From: an uncultured Chloroflexia bacterium
GTDB lineage: Bacteria; Chloroflexota; Limnocylindria; Limnocylindrales; CSP1-4
Direction of reading: 5' to 3'
Assembly: GCA_963833225.1 (NCBI GenBank)
Contig: CAWHXD010000019.1
Coordinates: 384,001 to 448,000 of the forward strand
Length of the DNA: 64,000 nt
Part shown: one piece after another, positions 9,445 to 19,454 of the stretch
Position numbering within the stretch: the stretch's first letter is position 1
How the letters are laid out: each line of letters opens with the position of its first letter
Notes under the pieces: model-generated
Seen by the model: the letters and a program-made list of their open reading frames with translations, nothing else
Databases searched by the model: none
Told to the model about the DNA's origin: nothing
Program-made: the position numbers and the translations under genes

Positions 9445-10386
9445 TCACGGGTGCAGCAGCAGCAGGCCGCCCGGGTAGAGGCGTGCGTCGAGCGACGAGG
9501 GGGCGACGACGTCCCCGTCCACCTGCGTGGGGCCCGGCGGTGACACGGTGACCCTGACGTGGGTGCCGAGGAGCCGGATTCCGGCTCCCGAGTGGGATTC
9601 GCCGGCCGCGTCGGCGAGCATGAGCTCCAGCGCGCCACGGATCCCGCCGAGGAGCCCCCCTCGGGGCAGGACGAACACGTGCAGCAGCCCGTCATCGGGG
9701 CGGATCGGCAGCCTTGGTCCCAGCCGTCCGGGGATCGGCTCGCCGCAGTTGGCCACGAGGACGACGACCGACTCCAGCTCCTTGCGGACGCCGTCGACCT
9801 CCACGATCGTCGGCCGCGGGGCGAGATCACCCAGCAGCCGGCTTGCCGCCAGGAAGTACGCGGCCACCCCGTACCGGCGCTTGGCGTCATGGGACGTGGC
9901 CGCGATGAGCCGGGCGTCGAGGCCCGTGCCACAGGCCACGATGAACGGGGAGTCGACCGCGTCCGCCCCGTCGCGGGGGCCACCCGACGGCCGCATCCGG
10001 ACAGACCCCACGTCGAACGGCACGGGCGAGCCTGCGCGGATGACGTCGATCGCCGCGCCCAGGTCACGGGGCAGTCCGACCGCCGTCGCGTACAGGTTGC
10101 CGGTGCCGCAGGGGACGATGGCGACAGGGGTCCCGCTGCGGGTGAGCGGCCCCGAGGCGTCCCGGACGGTCCCGTCTCCGCCGGCCACCACGACGAGCCC
10201 GGCGCCGGCGTCCACGGCGGAGGTCGCTGCCGCCCGAACCATCGCGGACTCGCCGGCCTCGATCACCTCGATCCGCGTGGCCCCGCGGGCGCGCGCCGCG
10301 GCGGTCACGGCCCGAATGACGCGGCGGCGCTCCCGGTCGTCGCGGATGCGCGACGCGAGCGGGCTGACGATGAGCGTGGCGAGCAT
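9445..10386 (-). CDS. Diacylglycerol-kinase-family lipid kinase
   Basis: AGGDGT, PCGTGN, GTGLDA and QVDGD motifs. Confidence 0.9.
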   Translation of the reverse strand: MLATLIVSPLASRIRDDRERRRVIRAVTAAARARGATRIEVIEAGESAMVRAAATSAVDAGAGLVVVAGGDGTVRDASGPLTRSGTPVAIVPCGTGNLYATAVGLPRDLGAAIDVIRAGSPVPFDVGSVRMRPSGGPRDGADAVDSPFIVACGTGLDARLIAATSHDAKRRYGVAAYFLAASRLLGDLAPRPTIVEVDGVRKELESVVVLVANCGEPIPGRLGPRLPIRPDDGLLHVFVLPRGGLLGGIRGALELMLADAAGESHSGAGIRLLGTHVRVTVSPPGPTQVDGDVVAPSSLDARLYPGGLLLLHP

Positions 10387-10396
10387 CAGCCCGGGC

Positions 10397-11738
10397 TCAA
10401 GCGTTCGCGATCTCGTCCCGGAACGCGCGGATGTCCTCCAGGCGGCGCCGGAGCGCGTTGAGGAAGCGGGCGCCTGTCTCGCCGTCCACGATCCGGTGGT
10501 CTGCCGAGAGCGTCAGCTTCATCACCTGCCGGATCCCGATGCCGCCGTCGACGGCCATCGGGGTGGCGATCGCCGAGGACACGGCCAGAATCGCGGCCTC
10601 GCCGGGGTTGATGATCGCGCTGAACTCCTCGACGCCGAACATCCCGAGGTTGCTCACGGTGAACGTGGAGCCGGCCAGGTCGTCGACCGGGATGGAGCCG
10701 TCCCTCGCCGCCGCCGCCAGCGCCGCGACACGATCGTGGAGCGCCGCGATGGTGAGACGGTCCGCGTCACGGACGACGGGCACCACGAGCCCCGACGGGA
10801 CCGAGACCGCCACCCCGAGGTGGACGCGCCGACGGGGATAGACGACCTCGCCGTCGGTGCGCGAGTTGACGTCCGGGAACTCGGCCAGCGTCTGGGCGGT
10901 GGCCGCGAGCACGAAGTCGGTCACGGTGAGGGTGTGGCCCTCTGCCTTGAGCTCCGCGCGGAGCGCGAGCACGCGGGTGACGTCCACCGCCACCGTCACG
11001 GTGAAGTGCGGCGTCGTCTGCCAGCTGTTCGTGAGCCGGGCGGCGATGGTCCGGCGCATCCGGCTCATCGGACGCGGTGCGTCCTCGCCCTCGACCGGGG
11101 GGATGACCGGCTGGGCGACGGGCACCGTCGCGGGGGCTGGCGCTGTGGCTGCGGGTGCCGCCGCGGGCGTGGGTGCCCCGGCCACGGGGACCGGTCGCGC
11201 GGTGGCCGCGGCCCGGACGTCGCGCTCGACGATCCGGCCCTCGGGGCCCGAGCCGGTGACCGAGAGCGGGTCAACGCCCAGCTGCGCGGCAAGACGGCTC
11301 GCGCGCGGGCTGATCTTCACGCGGCCGGGGGCCGCGGGCGCGGGCGAAGGTGCGGCCTCCGGTGCCGCGGCGGCCGCTTCCACCGGGGCCTCTTGTGCCT
11401 GCGGCGAGGCGGGCGTCGCGACCGCGCGCAGCACCGCGTCCGCGACGGGCGCGGTCACGCGGCGTGACCGGCTCGGCCGGCGTCTCGGGGACGGCCTCGC
11501 CTGGCTGGCCGATCCAGCCGCAGACCGCGTTGACCGGTGCCGTCTCACCATCGGCGACGACCCGGGCGAGGAGCACGCCCTCCTCGAATGTCTCGACCTC
11601 CATCGAGCTCTTGTCGGTCTCGATCTCGAACAGGACGTCGCCCTTGTGGACGGGGTCGCCCACCTCCTTGCGCCAGAGGGTGAGCACGCACTCCTCGGTC
11701 ATCTGGCCGGGCTTGGGCATCAGGATCGGGGTGGCCAT
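10397..11738 (-). CDS. Dihydrolipoamide acyltransferase (E2); frameshift ~11460
   Basis: Lipoyl domain EIETDKSSMEV from ATG 11738; E3-binding ISPRASRLA..GSGPEGRI; catalytic TVSNLGMFG and DHRIVDG. Confidence 0.9.
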
Positions 11739-11770
11739 CGGTGGCTCCTTGCTCGCTCGGCGTCCGGCCG

Positions 11771-14074
11771 TCAGACCAGCGCCACGACGGCGGTGACGAT
11801 GTCGCCCGAGTTGGGCAGGAACGCCTTCTCGAGGCGTTCCGCCTGGGGGCTGATCCCCGGTGCGGCGCCGATCCGGCCCACCGGGGCGTCGAGATCGTCG
11901 AACGCCTCGGCCTGGATGCGGGCCACGATCTCGTTCACGAACGAGCCGGTGAGCACCGCCTGTGCGGCGACCACGCAGCGTCCGGTCTTGCGCACGGACG
12001 CGAGGATCGTGTCCATGTCCAGCGGGACGAGGCTGCGGACGTCGATCACCTCGGCCTGGATCCCGCGCGATACCGCGAGCACGTCGGCAGCGGCCAGGGC
12101 GTCCGGGACCGCCGGCCCCCAGGCCACGATCGTGGCATCGCCGCCCTGCCGGACGACGTTCGCCTTGCCGATCGGCGTGGTGTAGTCGCCCTCGGGCACC
12201 ACGCCCTTGGTGGAATACAGGCCCTGGCTCTCCACGAACACCACCGGGTTGTTGGTCTGGATCGCGCTCCGCAGCAGGCCCTTGGCGTCCGCGGCCGTGG
12301 CCGGGTAGACGACCCACAAGCCGGGGATGTGGGTGAACAGCGACTCCAGGCTCTGGCTGTGCTGGCCGCCGTAGCCCTTGCCGGCCCCCACCGAGCACCG
12401 GATCACGATCGGCACCTCGACCTGGCCGCCGGACATGTAGTGCCACTTCGCGGCCTGGTTGGCGATCTGGTCGGACGACATCAGCGCGAAGTCCATGTAC
12501 ATCAGCTCGACCACCGGTCGCAGGCCCACGATGCCCGCCCCGACCGCGGTGCCGCAGATCGTCGCCTCGGAGATCGGCGTGTTGAACACGCGGTCGCGCC
12601 CGAAGGTCTCGATCAGGCCCTTGGTCATCTTGAACGCTCCGCCATAGTCGGCCACGTCCTCGCCGTAGAAGATGACCCGCCGGTCGCGGCGCATCTCCTC
12701 GACCAGCGCGTCGCGGATGGCATCGCGGTACAGGATCCGGCCCTCCGCATCGACCTTGCTCACCGGGGCGTCCGCGAGCAGCGCGGGCTTCGCATCTGCG
12801 GCCGGAACCTCCTCGGACGTGCCGTCGGTGTAGAGCAGGTCAAGCAGGCTGGACGGATCGGGGTCCGTGGCCGCCGCGGCGCGCTTCGCTGCCCGGGCGT
12901 TGCGCTCGGCCGCTCCCGCAAGCACAGCGGCCACCTCGTCGTCGGTGGCAAGCCCGGTTTCGACGAGTTGGCCCTTGAGCTGCTCGATCGGGTCGACGGC
13001 CTTCCACGCGGCCTCCTCGTCGCGCGTCCGGTACTCGTTGCGCGGGTCGGACAGCGAATGGCCGTAGTAGCGGTAGGTGGAGGCCTCGATGAGGACGGGC
13101 CCGTCTCCGGCGCGGCACAGCGCCGCGGCCCGCGTGACGGCGTCGCGGACGGCCAGCACGTCCATGCCGTTGACCACCTCGGCGTGCATGTTGTCCGTCG
13201 CGAACCCGGCCGCGCGGCGCGCCAGGTGCTTGATGCCCATGACCTCGTCGTCGGTCCGGTGGGTCATGCCGTAGTGGTTGTTCTGGATGAAGAAGATGAT
13301 CGGCAGCCCGTACGGCCGATCGCCCGCCAGGTGGTTCGTCCACTGGTGCTGGGCCGCCCAGTTGAGCAATTCCAGGACCACGCCGTTCGCGTACGCGCCG
13401 TCGCCGGCGAAGCAGCACACGACCCCGTCGGTCTGCTCGTAGCGGTGGGCCATCGCCGCGCCTGTCGCGATCGGCACCGAGCCACCGACGATCGCGTTGG
13501 CGCCCAGGTTGCCCGTGGAGAAGTCGCCGATGTGCATGCCGCCCCCGCGGCCGCGGGAGTAGCCCTCGTCCTTGCCGAACAGCTCGGCGATCACCTTGTA
13601 GACGTGCTCCTCGAGGGCCGCGTCCAGGAGCTCGTCGCGGGTGCCGTCCTCGCGGCCCATCCGCGCGCGCAGCTGCTCGAGCGTCATCTGGCGCAGCGCC
13701 GAGAAGCCCTTGGCGATCGCGTCGCCGTGCCCGCGGTGTGACGAGGTGACGTTGTCCGTGATCCGGAGCACGGACGAGGCGCCCACCGCCGACGCCTCCT
13801 GCCCGATGGAGACGTGCGTGGGACCCCGGTAGTCGTAGCCGGGCAGGGGTTCGTAGCCGCCGCCGGAGCGGAGACGGACGATCATCTCCTCCATCTCGCG
13901 GATCGCGAGCATGTCGTCCAGGATGCCCAGCGCCTTCGCCTTGTCCAGCGACCCAGCCTTCACCTCGGAGGCGAGATCGCCCGCGTACTGGAAGCCCGTG
14001 ATGGACCCCAGCTCCTCCTCGAACGGCGCGAAGTCGGGGCGGGTGTCGCTGTGGTAGACGGTCTCGGTGCTCAT
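11771..14074 (-). CDS. Fused E1 alpha+beta ThDP-dependent 2-oxoacid/acetoin dehydrogenase
   Basis: GQEA, HRGHG, GRGGGMH, GDGA...NN, YRYYGHSLSD; beta part YGEDV, NTPISE, GGQHSQ, DVRSLVPLD. Start MSTETV at 14074. Confidence 0.9.
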   Translation of the reverse strand: MSTETVYHSDTRPDFAPFEEELGSITGFQYAGDLASEVKAGSLDKAKALGILDDMLAIREMEEMIVRLRSGGGYEPLPGYDYRGPTHVSIGQEASAVGASSVLRITDNVTSSHRGHGDAIAKGFSALRQMTLEQLRARMGREDGTRDELLDAALEEHVYKVIAELFGKDEGYSRGRGGGMHIGDFSTGNLGANAIVGGSVPIATGAAMAHRYEQTDGVVCCFAGDGAYANGVVLELLNWAAQHQWTNHLAGDRPYGLPIIFFIQNNHYGMTHRTDDEVMGIKHLARRAAGFATDNMHAEVVNGMDVLAVRDAVTRAAALCRAGDGPVLIEASTYRYYGHSLSDPRNEYRTRDEEAAWKAVDPIEQLKGQLVETGLATDDEVAAVLAGAAERNARAAKRAAAATDPDPSSLLDLLYTDGTSEEVPAADAKPALLADAPVSKVDAEGRILYRDAIRDALVEEMRRDRRVIFYGEDVADYGGAFKMTKGLIETFGRDRVFNTPISEATICGTAVGAGIVGLRPVVELMYMDFALMSSDQIANQAAKWHYMSGGQVEVPIVIRCSVGAGKGYGGQHSQSLESLFTHIPGLWVVYPATAADAKGLLRSAIQTNNPVVFVESQGLYSTKGVVPEGDYTTPIGKANVVRQGGDATIVAWGPAVPDALAAADVLAVSRGIQAEVIDVRSLVPLDMDTILASVRKTGRCVVAAQAVLTGSFVNEIVARIQAEAFDDLDAPVGRIGAAPGISPQAERLEKAFLPNSGDIVTAVVALV

Positions 14075-14102
14075 CGGGTCTCCTGGGTTTCGGCGGATCG
14101 GG

Positions 14103-15071
14103 TCAGGGTTGCGGGGTGGCGACCAGGAGGCGGGCCGCCTCCTCGTCGGTGACCAGGCGGTGGACGAGGCCGCTGCGGAGGGCGGCCCGGATGGCAGGCA
14201 CCTTGTCGGCCCCGCCGGCGATGGCGATGACATCCGGCACCCGCCGGAACTGGTCCTCGCGGACGGCGATGCACCGCTCCGGCAGGCCGGCGGCGCGGAC
14301 CTCGCGGCCCTCCGCGTCGAGGACGATCGAAGCGATGTCGGCAACGCCACCCGCCTCGTCAACGGCACGCGCGTCGGTCTCGGTGAGCGCCGCGCGGATC
14401 GTGGATGCACCCGGGCCCCATGCGCCGATGCCGACGACCGCACGCGTCAGTCGATCGAACTGGCTCAGCGTCGCCGAGGCCATCGGGTCGCTCGCGAGGG
14501 CGTCCGCCATCTCGGCGCTGCCCACCAGGAGCGGCACGTGGAGCGGGAAGACCGGGCCTGTCGCGCGTTCGGCCAGACGGCGCACGAGCTCGAGCGAGTT
14601 CAGCTCAAGCTGCAGCGTGGGGACGCTGCCCACGAGCTGCACGACGGTGCAGGCGGGGAGCCGGGGGAGCTGCTCGACCAGGGCGTGCAGCGTCCTGCCC
14701 CACGAGATGCCGAGCACGTCGGCGGCCTCGAGGACATCGCCCAGGACGGCGGCGGCCGCCCGCCCGAGCCCCGCGAGGCGCATCGCCTCCGTCCCGGTCG
14801 AGGAGCGGACCACCACGGCCCCGCGGATCCGGTAGCGGTCCCGGAGCGCGTCGGCGAGCTCCAGATCCAGCTCCGGAAGCGGCGCGATGTCAATCCGGAC
14901 GATGCCGTCCCGACGGGCCCGGTCCAGCATCCGGGCAACCCTGAAGCGCGACACGCCCAGCTCGGCGGCGATCTCGCTCTTGCTGGCGCCGTCGAGGTAG
15001 TAGCGGCGGCAGGCCAGCACCGTGCTCAGGAGGTGCAGCCGGGATGCGGACGCGTCGCGATCGAGGACCAC
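14103..15071 (-). CDS. SorC/DeoR-family sugar-binding transcriptional regulator
   Basis: YYLDGASKSEIAAELGVSRFRVARML HTH; ISWGRT; IAGGADKV..LVTDE. Likely GTG start at 15071. Confidence 0.9.
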   Translation of the reverse strand: MVLDRDASASRLHLLSTVLACRRYYLDGASKSEIAAELGVSRFRVARMLDRARRDGIVRIDIAPLPELDLELADALRDRYRIRGAVVVRSSTGTEAMRLAGLGRAAAAVLGDVLEAADVLGISWGRTLHALVEQLPRLPACTVVQLVGSVPTLQLELNSLELVRRLAERATGPVFPLHVPLLVGSAEMADALASDPMASATLSQFDRLTRAVVGIGAWGPGASTIRAALTETDARAVDEAGGVADIASIVLDAEGREVRAAGLPERCIAVREDQFRRVPDVIAIAGGADKVPAIRAALRSGLVHRLVTDEEAARLLVATPQP

Positions 15072-15083
15072 GCGAGTAGCGTA

Positions 15084-15126
15084 TGACCTGATCATTCGAG
15101 CGTCAACCGCTCAAATGATCAGGTCA
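15084..15126. promoter_or_regulatory. 19-bp inverted repeat, probable SorC-family operator
   Basis: TGACCTGATCATTCGAGCG-TCAAC-CGCTCAAATGATCAGGTCA (18/19 match), AT-richer than background, immediately upstream of the regulator/E1/E2 operon. Confidence 0.7.
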
Positions 15127-15517
15127 GGCAAGGAGCTGGCCGCCGATCAGCCGGCGGCAAGCGACTGGCCGCCCCCCCAAGCCTGCGGGCGGTTGAACGG
15201 TGCGGTCCCGGCACCGGTCGGCCGTCCGGCGCCCGGATCAGGCCCTGGCCCGTCGCCGCACCGCACAGATGGACCGCCCGGCGGCAGGAGGCGAACGTGG
15301 CTGCACCGTAGGACCGCTGAGCTGCAGATGCGCGACGGTCATCCGATCCTGTCAGCACCGGATGGCATGGGGACACCCAGCGGCGCAGTCGTCGCAGGGT
15401 GCGACCGTCGGGTCACGGAGCGGCCGGGCACATCGTCGGCCACTCCCATCCGCGCGGCCGGACTCCAATCGCCGTGCCGTCGTTGGCCCCGCCACCTCGA
15501 GGCGGCAGGGCATCGGG

Positions 15518-16342
15518 TCAGACCAGGTCGGTTTCGATCCCGAAGGCGTCCTTGACCGAGCGGAGCTCATCGTCGGTCAGGCGCTGGCCGCGACCGCCGG
15601 CGACGAGGTCCAGGTACTCGTAGCGGGCCCCGGCCTCCGCGTACTCGATCCGGTCGACCGCGCGGGTGACGCTGATGTCGCTGCGGGCCATGACCCCGTG
15701 CTTGGACCAGACGTCGATGCGGTGCGTCCTCAGGCTTCCCACGTTGGCGGCCATCATTGCGTCCGACCCGGGGAGCATGAACGGCAGGATGCCGATGCCC
15801 CGCGGGAGCTGGACGATGGTCTCCGGCTCCCAGCGCATGACCCTGGCGTTGAAGTAGGCCTCGTCGCTGTATTCGGGGATGTGCGACAGGTAGGTCAGGT
15901 GCGGCGGCTGGGCGTGGACGACCGCATGGAAGTTCGTGCCGGTGCGTGCGACGGTGTCGTCGTGGACGGCGAGGTGCGAGTTCCACTCCGAGGTGAGCTT
16001 CTCGAACAGCCGCCCCGGGGAAGTCCACAGCGTCGCTGTCACGCCGTCGGCTTCGATGACGACCGCTCCCACGCTGTTGACCGGCGTGACCGCCAGGTCC
16101 CGGAGGCGCCGGCCGGATCCCGTGACGATGACGGTGTGGCCGGCCAGGCGCGCGGCCGGGAGCGGCAGTGCGATGGACTCGCGGTTCGGGAAGCGCCGCC
16201 GGACCTCGATCGGCCAGCCGATGCAGATCGAGATGTTGCCGGCGGCCCCTTCGCCCGCGTCGATCGCGGCCACGCGGCGGCCGCCCTCGCCCATCGAGGC
16301 CAGGAGCTCGTCGAGCTCGGGGAACGGCTCGTTCAGCGCCAT
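15518..16342 (-). CDS. rhaD: Rhamnulose-1-phosphate aldolase-like class II aldolase
   Basis: EGAAGNIS, TGSG, TSEWNSHL, VVHAQP, WSKHGV; last gene of the rha operon. Confidence 0.8.
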   Translation of the reverse strand: MALNEPFPELDELLASMGEGGRRVAAIDAGEGAAGNISICIGWPIEVRRRFPNRESIALPLPAARLAGHTVIVTGSGRRLRDLAVTPVNSVGAVVIEADGVTATLWTSPGRLFEKLTSEWNSHLAVHDDTVARTGTNFHAVVHAQPPHLTYLSHIPEYSDEAYFNARVMRWEPETIVQLPRGIGILPFMLPGSDAMMAANVGSLRTHRIDVWSKHGVMARSDISVTRAVDRIEYAEAGARYEYLDLVAGGRGQRLTDDELRSVKDAFGIETDLV

Positions 16343-16352
16343 CGAGTCCTCC

Positions 16353-17570
16353 CTACCAACTCGCGGCCGTGCCGCCCACCCGCGCCGCGTACTTCGCCTC
16401 CTCCTCACCCGACGCGAGGTAGGCGCGGTAGGGGTCGGGCGCGAGCCCGCGCGCGACCCGCAGCTCGGCGAGGAGCGGCCGGACGTCGGTGTTGAACGCA
16501 TCCCACAGGCAGCCGTTCGCCTCCAGCACGTCGCCCGCCGCCTGCGCCGCCACCAGCCGCTCGCGGTCCACCAGCAGCACCTTGGCGATCGTCTCCTGGA
16601 GGTTCATGACGCTCCGGATCATGGCCGGCACCTTGGGCTCGATGTTGTGGCACTGGTCGAGCATGTAGGTGGTCTGGTTGGCGGTCTCCTGAGCGATCGG
16701 ATCGGCGTCGTCGCGCATCGCGTTGACCAGCTCGTGGGCGATCCGGAAGAGCTGGTATGGGTCGATGGAGCCGACCATGAGATCGTCGTCGCCGTACTTC
16801 TTGTCGTTGAGGTCGAAGGCGGCCAGCTTCCCCTCGGCGAGGAGCAGGGCCACGATCTGCTCGATGTTGACGCCCATCGCGTGGTGTCCGGTGTCGACGC
16901 ACACGCCGGCGCGATCGCCCAGCTGGCGCACGACGTTGAGGCTCTGTCCCCAGTCCTGGACGTCGGTGCTGTACAGCGCGGGCTCGTAGAGCTTGTACTC
17001 GAGGTACAGGCGGGCGTTCGCGGGCAGCGCGGCGTAGACCTCCCGCAGCCCGGCGACCAGCCGTCGGTGCCGTCCGCGCAGGTCGTCCTGGCCCGGGTAG
17101 TTGGTGCCGTCGCCCAGCCAGACCTTGACCGCCTGGGCATCGGTCGCGGCGGCGATCTCGCAGCAGCCCACGATGGCCGCGACGGCCTTGGCGCGGACAC
17201 GGGCGTCGGGATGACAGATCGACCCGAGCTTGTAGTCCTCGTCTTGGAAGGTGTTGCTGTTGATGCCGCCGAGGACGAGCCCGCGCCCCTTCGTGTAGGC
17301 CGCGAGCCCCGCCCAGTCATCGACCATGTCCCAGGGGATGTGGAGGCTCACGCTGCCCGCGATCCCCGTGTAGCGGTTGACGGTCGCCGCGTCGTCGATC
17401 TTCTCGAACACCGTGCGCGGCACCCCCTGCTGGGGGAACACGCGGAACCGGGTCCCGGTATTGACGAAGCCCCACGACGGAATCTCGATGTTGACGCCGT
17501 TCATGGCCCAGTCGATGCGCTCGATGGCCGGGGCGGACGCGGGCTTGGCGATGGCGGCGATGGTGGCCAT
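16353..17570 (-). CDS. rhaI: L-rhamnose isomerase (RhaI type)
   Basis: IPSWGFVNTGTRF, LHIPWD, INSNTFQD..YKLGS, DGTNYPGQ, EYKLYEP, DTGHH, DDDL, MLDQCHNIEPK. Confidence 0.95.
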   Translation of the reverse strand: MATIAAIAKPASAPAIERIDWAMNGVNIEIPSWGFVNTGTRFRVFPQQGVPRTVFEKIDDAATVNRYTGIAGSVSLHIPWDMVDDWAGLAAYTKGRGLVLGGINSNTFQDEDYKLGSICHPDARVRAKAVAAIVGCCEIAAATDAQAVKVWLGDGTNYPGQDDLRGRHRRLVAGLREVYAALPANARLYLEYKLYEPALYSTDVQDWGQSLNVVRQLGDRAGVCVDTGHHAMGVNIEQIVALLLAEGKLAAFDLNDKKYGDDDLMVGSIDPYQLFRIAHELVNAMRDDADPIAQETANQTTYMLDQCHNIEPKVPAMIRSVMNLQETIAKVLLVDRERLVAAQAAGDVLEANGCLWDAFNTDVRPLLAELRVARGLAPDPYRAYLASGEEEAKYAARVGGTAASW

Positions 17571-17587
17571 GGCGGTCTCCTTGGGGC

Positions 17588-19081
17588 TCAGGCGGAGGTG
17601 GCGGGCCGGCGGGCGCAGATCGCGGCGAACCGCGCGCGCGCCTCGGTCCAGTCACCGGACGGTTCATAGGTGGTGATCGGGAAGGAGCGGGCCGCCAGCT
17701 CGCGTGCCTCGGCGACCGAGGCGAGCTCGCCCGACGCGATGGCCTGGACGGCGAGGTTGCCAATGGCCGTTGCCTCGACGGGGCCGGCTCGCACCGGGAG
17801 CCCGGTGGCGCCGGCGGTCAGGCGGTTGAGGAGGCGGTTCCTGCAGCCACCGCCCACGATGTGCACGGCATCGATCGGCTGGTCTGACGCGGCGGCAAGC
17901 TGGTCGATCGCCGCGGCATAGCGCAGCGCCAGGCTCTCCAGCAGGACGCGCATCAGCGTGCCGGTGTCGCGCGGCACGGGCTGATCGGTCTCGGCGCAGA
18001 ACTCGCGGACGCGAGCCGGGAGGTCGCCCGGGCGCAGGAAGCGCTCGTCGTCGGGATCGATGAACGCGGTGAACGCCGGCGCGGCCTCGGCGAGGCCGGC
18101 CAGCTTCTCGTAGGTCGGTGCCTCGCGATCCGGCCACAGGGCGCGCCGGCTCTCCTGGACCAGCCACAGGCCAACCACGTTGCGCAGCAGCCGGATCGTG
18201 CCGACCACGCCACCCTCGTTGGTCAGGTTCGCGGCGAGGGACACGTCGGAGATCACCGGCTCCGGCATCTCCAACCCGATCAGCGACCAGGTGCCCGAGG
18301 AGAGGAAGGCGGTGGATCGGGATCCGATCGGGGTGCCGACAACGGCCGAGGCCGTGTCGTGCGAACCGGGGAGCACCACCCGCGTGAGGGCGAGCCCGGA
18401 CGCGCTCGCGAGCCCGTCCATCAGGCCGCCCACGTCCGTGCCGGGCGGAACGATCTCCGGCAACAGCCGGGTCGGGATGCCAAGGCGCTCCAGCATGGGT
18501 CGAGCCCAGTCGCGGGCCCGGGCGTCGAGCGCCTGGCTGGTGGATGCGAGCGTGTACTCGGACACGCTGGCGCCCGACAGGAAGTGGGCGAACAGGTCGG
18601 CCATCATCAGCAGCCGGTCCGCGTGCCGCAGGAGCGGGTCGTCCGCGCTCGCCATGGACAGCAGCTGGTACACGGTGTTGATGGCCATGAACTGGATGCC
18701 CGTGACGGCGTAGATCTCGTCCCGCGGGACCAGCCCGAACGCCCGCTCAAGCATGCCGTCGGTCCGTGCGTCACGGTAGTGGACGGGGTTCGCGAGCAGT
18801 CGCCCCCGCTCGTCGAGGAGCGCGAAGTCCACGCCCCAGGTGTCGACGGCGACGGAGGCCACATCGCCTGCCGCGCCGGCCTTGCGCAGGCCGGTCCCGA
18901 TGTCGCCGAACAGGCGCAGGGCGTCCCAGTGGAGCGTCCCCGCCACGGCCACGGGCACGTTCGGGAACCGGTGGATGTCCTCGATCGCAAGCCGCTCGCC
19001 GTCGAAGGTGCCGACGAGGACTCGACCGCTTTCGGCACCCAGGTCGACGGCCGCGAGCCGGACGTTGGCGCGCTCAGTCAA
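17588..19081 (-). CDS. rhaB: Rhamnulokinase
   Basis: AVDLGAESGR, DTWGVDF, HYRD, SHDTASA, SSGTWSLIG, GGG, GPVEATAIGN. Confidence 0.95.
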   Translation of the reverse strand: MTERANVRLAAVDLGAESGRVLVGTFDGERLAIEDIHRFPNVPVAVAGTLHWDALRLFGDIGTGLRKAGAAGDVASVAVDTWGVDFALLDERGRLLANPVHYRDARTDGMLERAFGLVPRDEIYAVTGIQFMAINTVYQLLSMASADDPLLRHADRLLMMADLFAHFLSGASVSEYTLASTSQALDARARDWARPMLERLGIPTRLLPEIVPPGTDVGGLMDGLASASGLALTRVVLPGSHDTASAVVGTPIGSRSTAFLSSGTWSLIGLEMPEPVISDVSLAANLTNEGGVVGTIRLLRNVVGLWLVQESRRALWPDREAPTYEKLAGLAEAAPAFTAFIDPDDERFLRPGDLPARVREFCAETDQPVPRDTGTLMRVLLESLALRYAAAIDQLAAASDQPIDAVHIVGGGCRNRLLNRLTAGATGLPVRAGPVEATAIGNLAVQAIASGELASVAEARELAARSFPITTYEPSGDWTEARARFAAICARRPATSA

Positions 19082-19388
19082 GGCGGAACACCTCCTCCAG
19101 GCGCCGGTGGAACCCCGTGGCCGGGTCGGTGCACGGGTCGATGAGGCGGGCCATGTCCGCCTGCCAGAGGTCGTTGACCGGCTGCTCGGCCATGAACGCC
19201 CGGAACCGGTCGAAGTCCTCGACGTCGAACACGCCGATCAGTGTCCCGTCGAGCAGGTAGATGGAGTAGTTGCTGACCCCGCCGTCCCGGAGGGCCCCGA
19301 GCATCTCGGGCCAGACGTCGGCGTGGCGCCGGCGGTACTCGTCCTCGGCGCCGGGCAGCAGGCGCATGGTGAAGGCGATGCGTTCCAT
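19074..19388 (-). CDS. rhaM: L-rhamnose mutarotase
   Basis: EYRRRHADVWPE, NYSIY, WQ..M, LEEVFRLD. Confidence 0.92.
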   Translation of the reverse strand: MERIAFTMRLLPGAEDEYRRRHADVWPEMLGALRDGGVSNYSIYLLDGTLIGVFDVEDFDRFRAFMAEQPVNDLWQADMARLIDPCTDPATGFHRRLEEVFRLD

Positions 19389-19413
19389 CGATGGTGGCTC
19401 CCGGGATGGGAAA

Positions 19414-19444
19414 CGGGCCCCGGCGGAGGATCCGCCGGGGCCCG
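19414..19444 (-). terminator. GC-rich hairpin after the substrate-binding gene (terminator or mRNA stabiliser)
   Basis: CGGGCCCCGGCGGA-GGA-TCCGCCGGGGCCCG is a perfect 14-bp stem, followed by TTT on the minus strand. Confidence 0.6.
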
Positions 19445-19454
19445 GCTGGAGGAG

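Noticed and set aside
11440-11480. Programmed frameshift in E2 or in other split genes
   Set aside because: No slippery heptamer is seen, and many unrelated genes show the same breaks, so sequencing error is more parsimonious.
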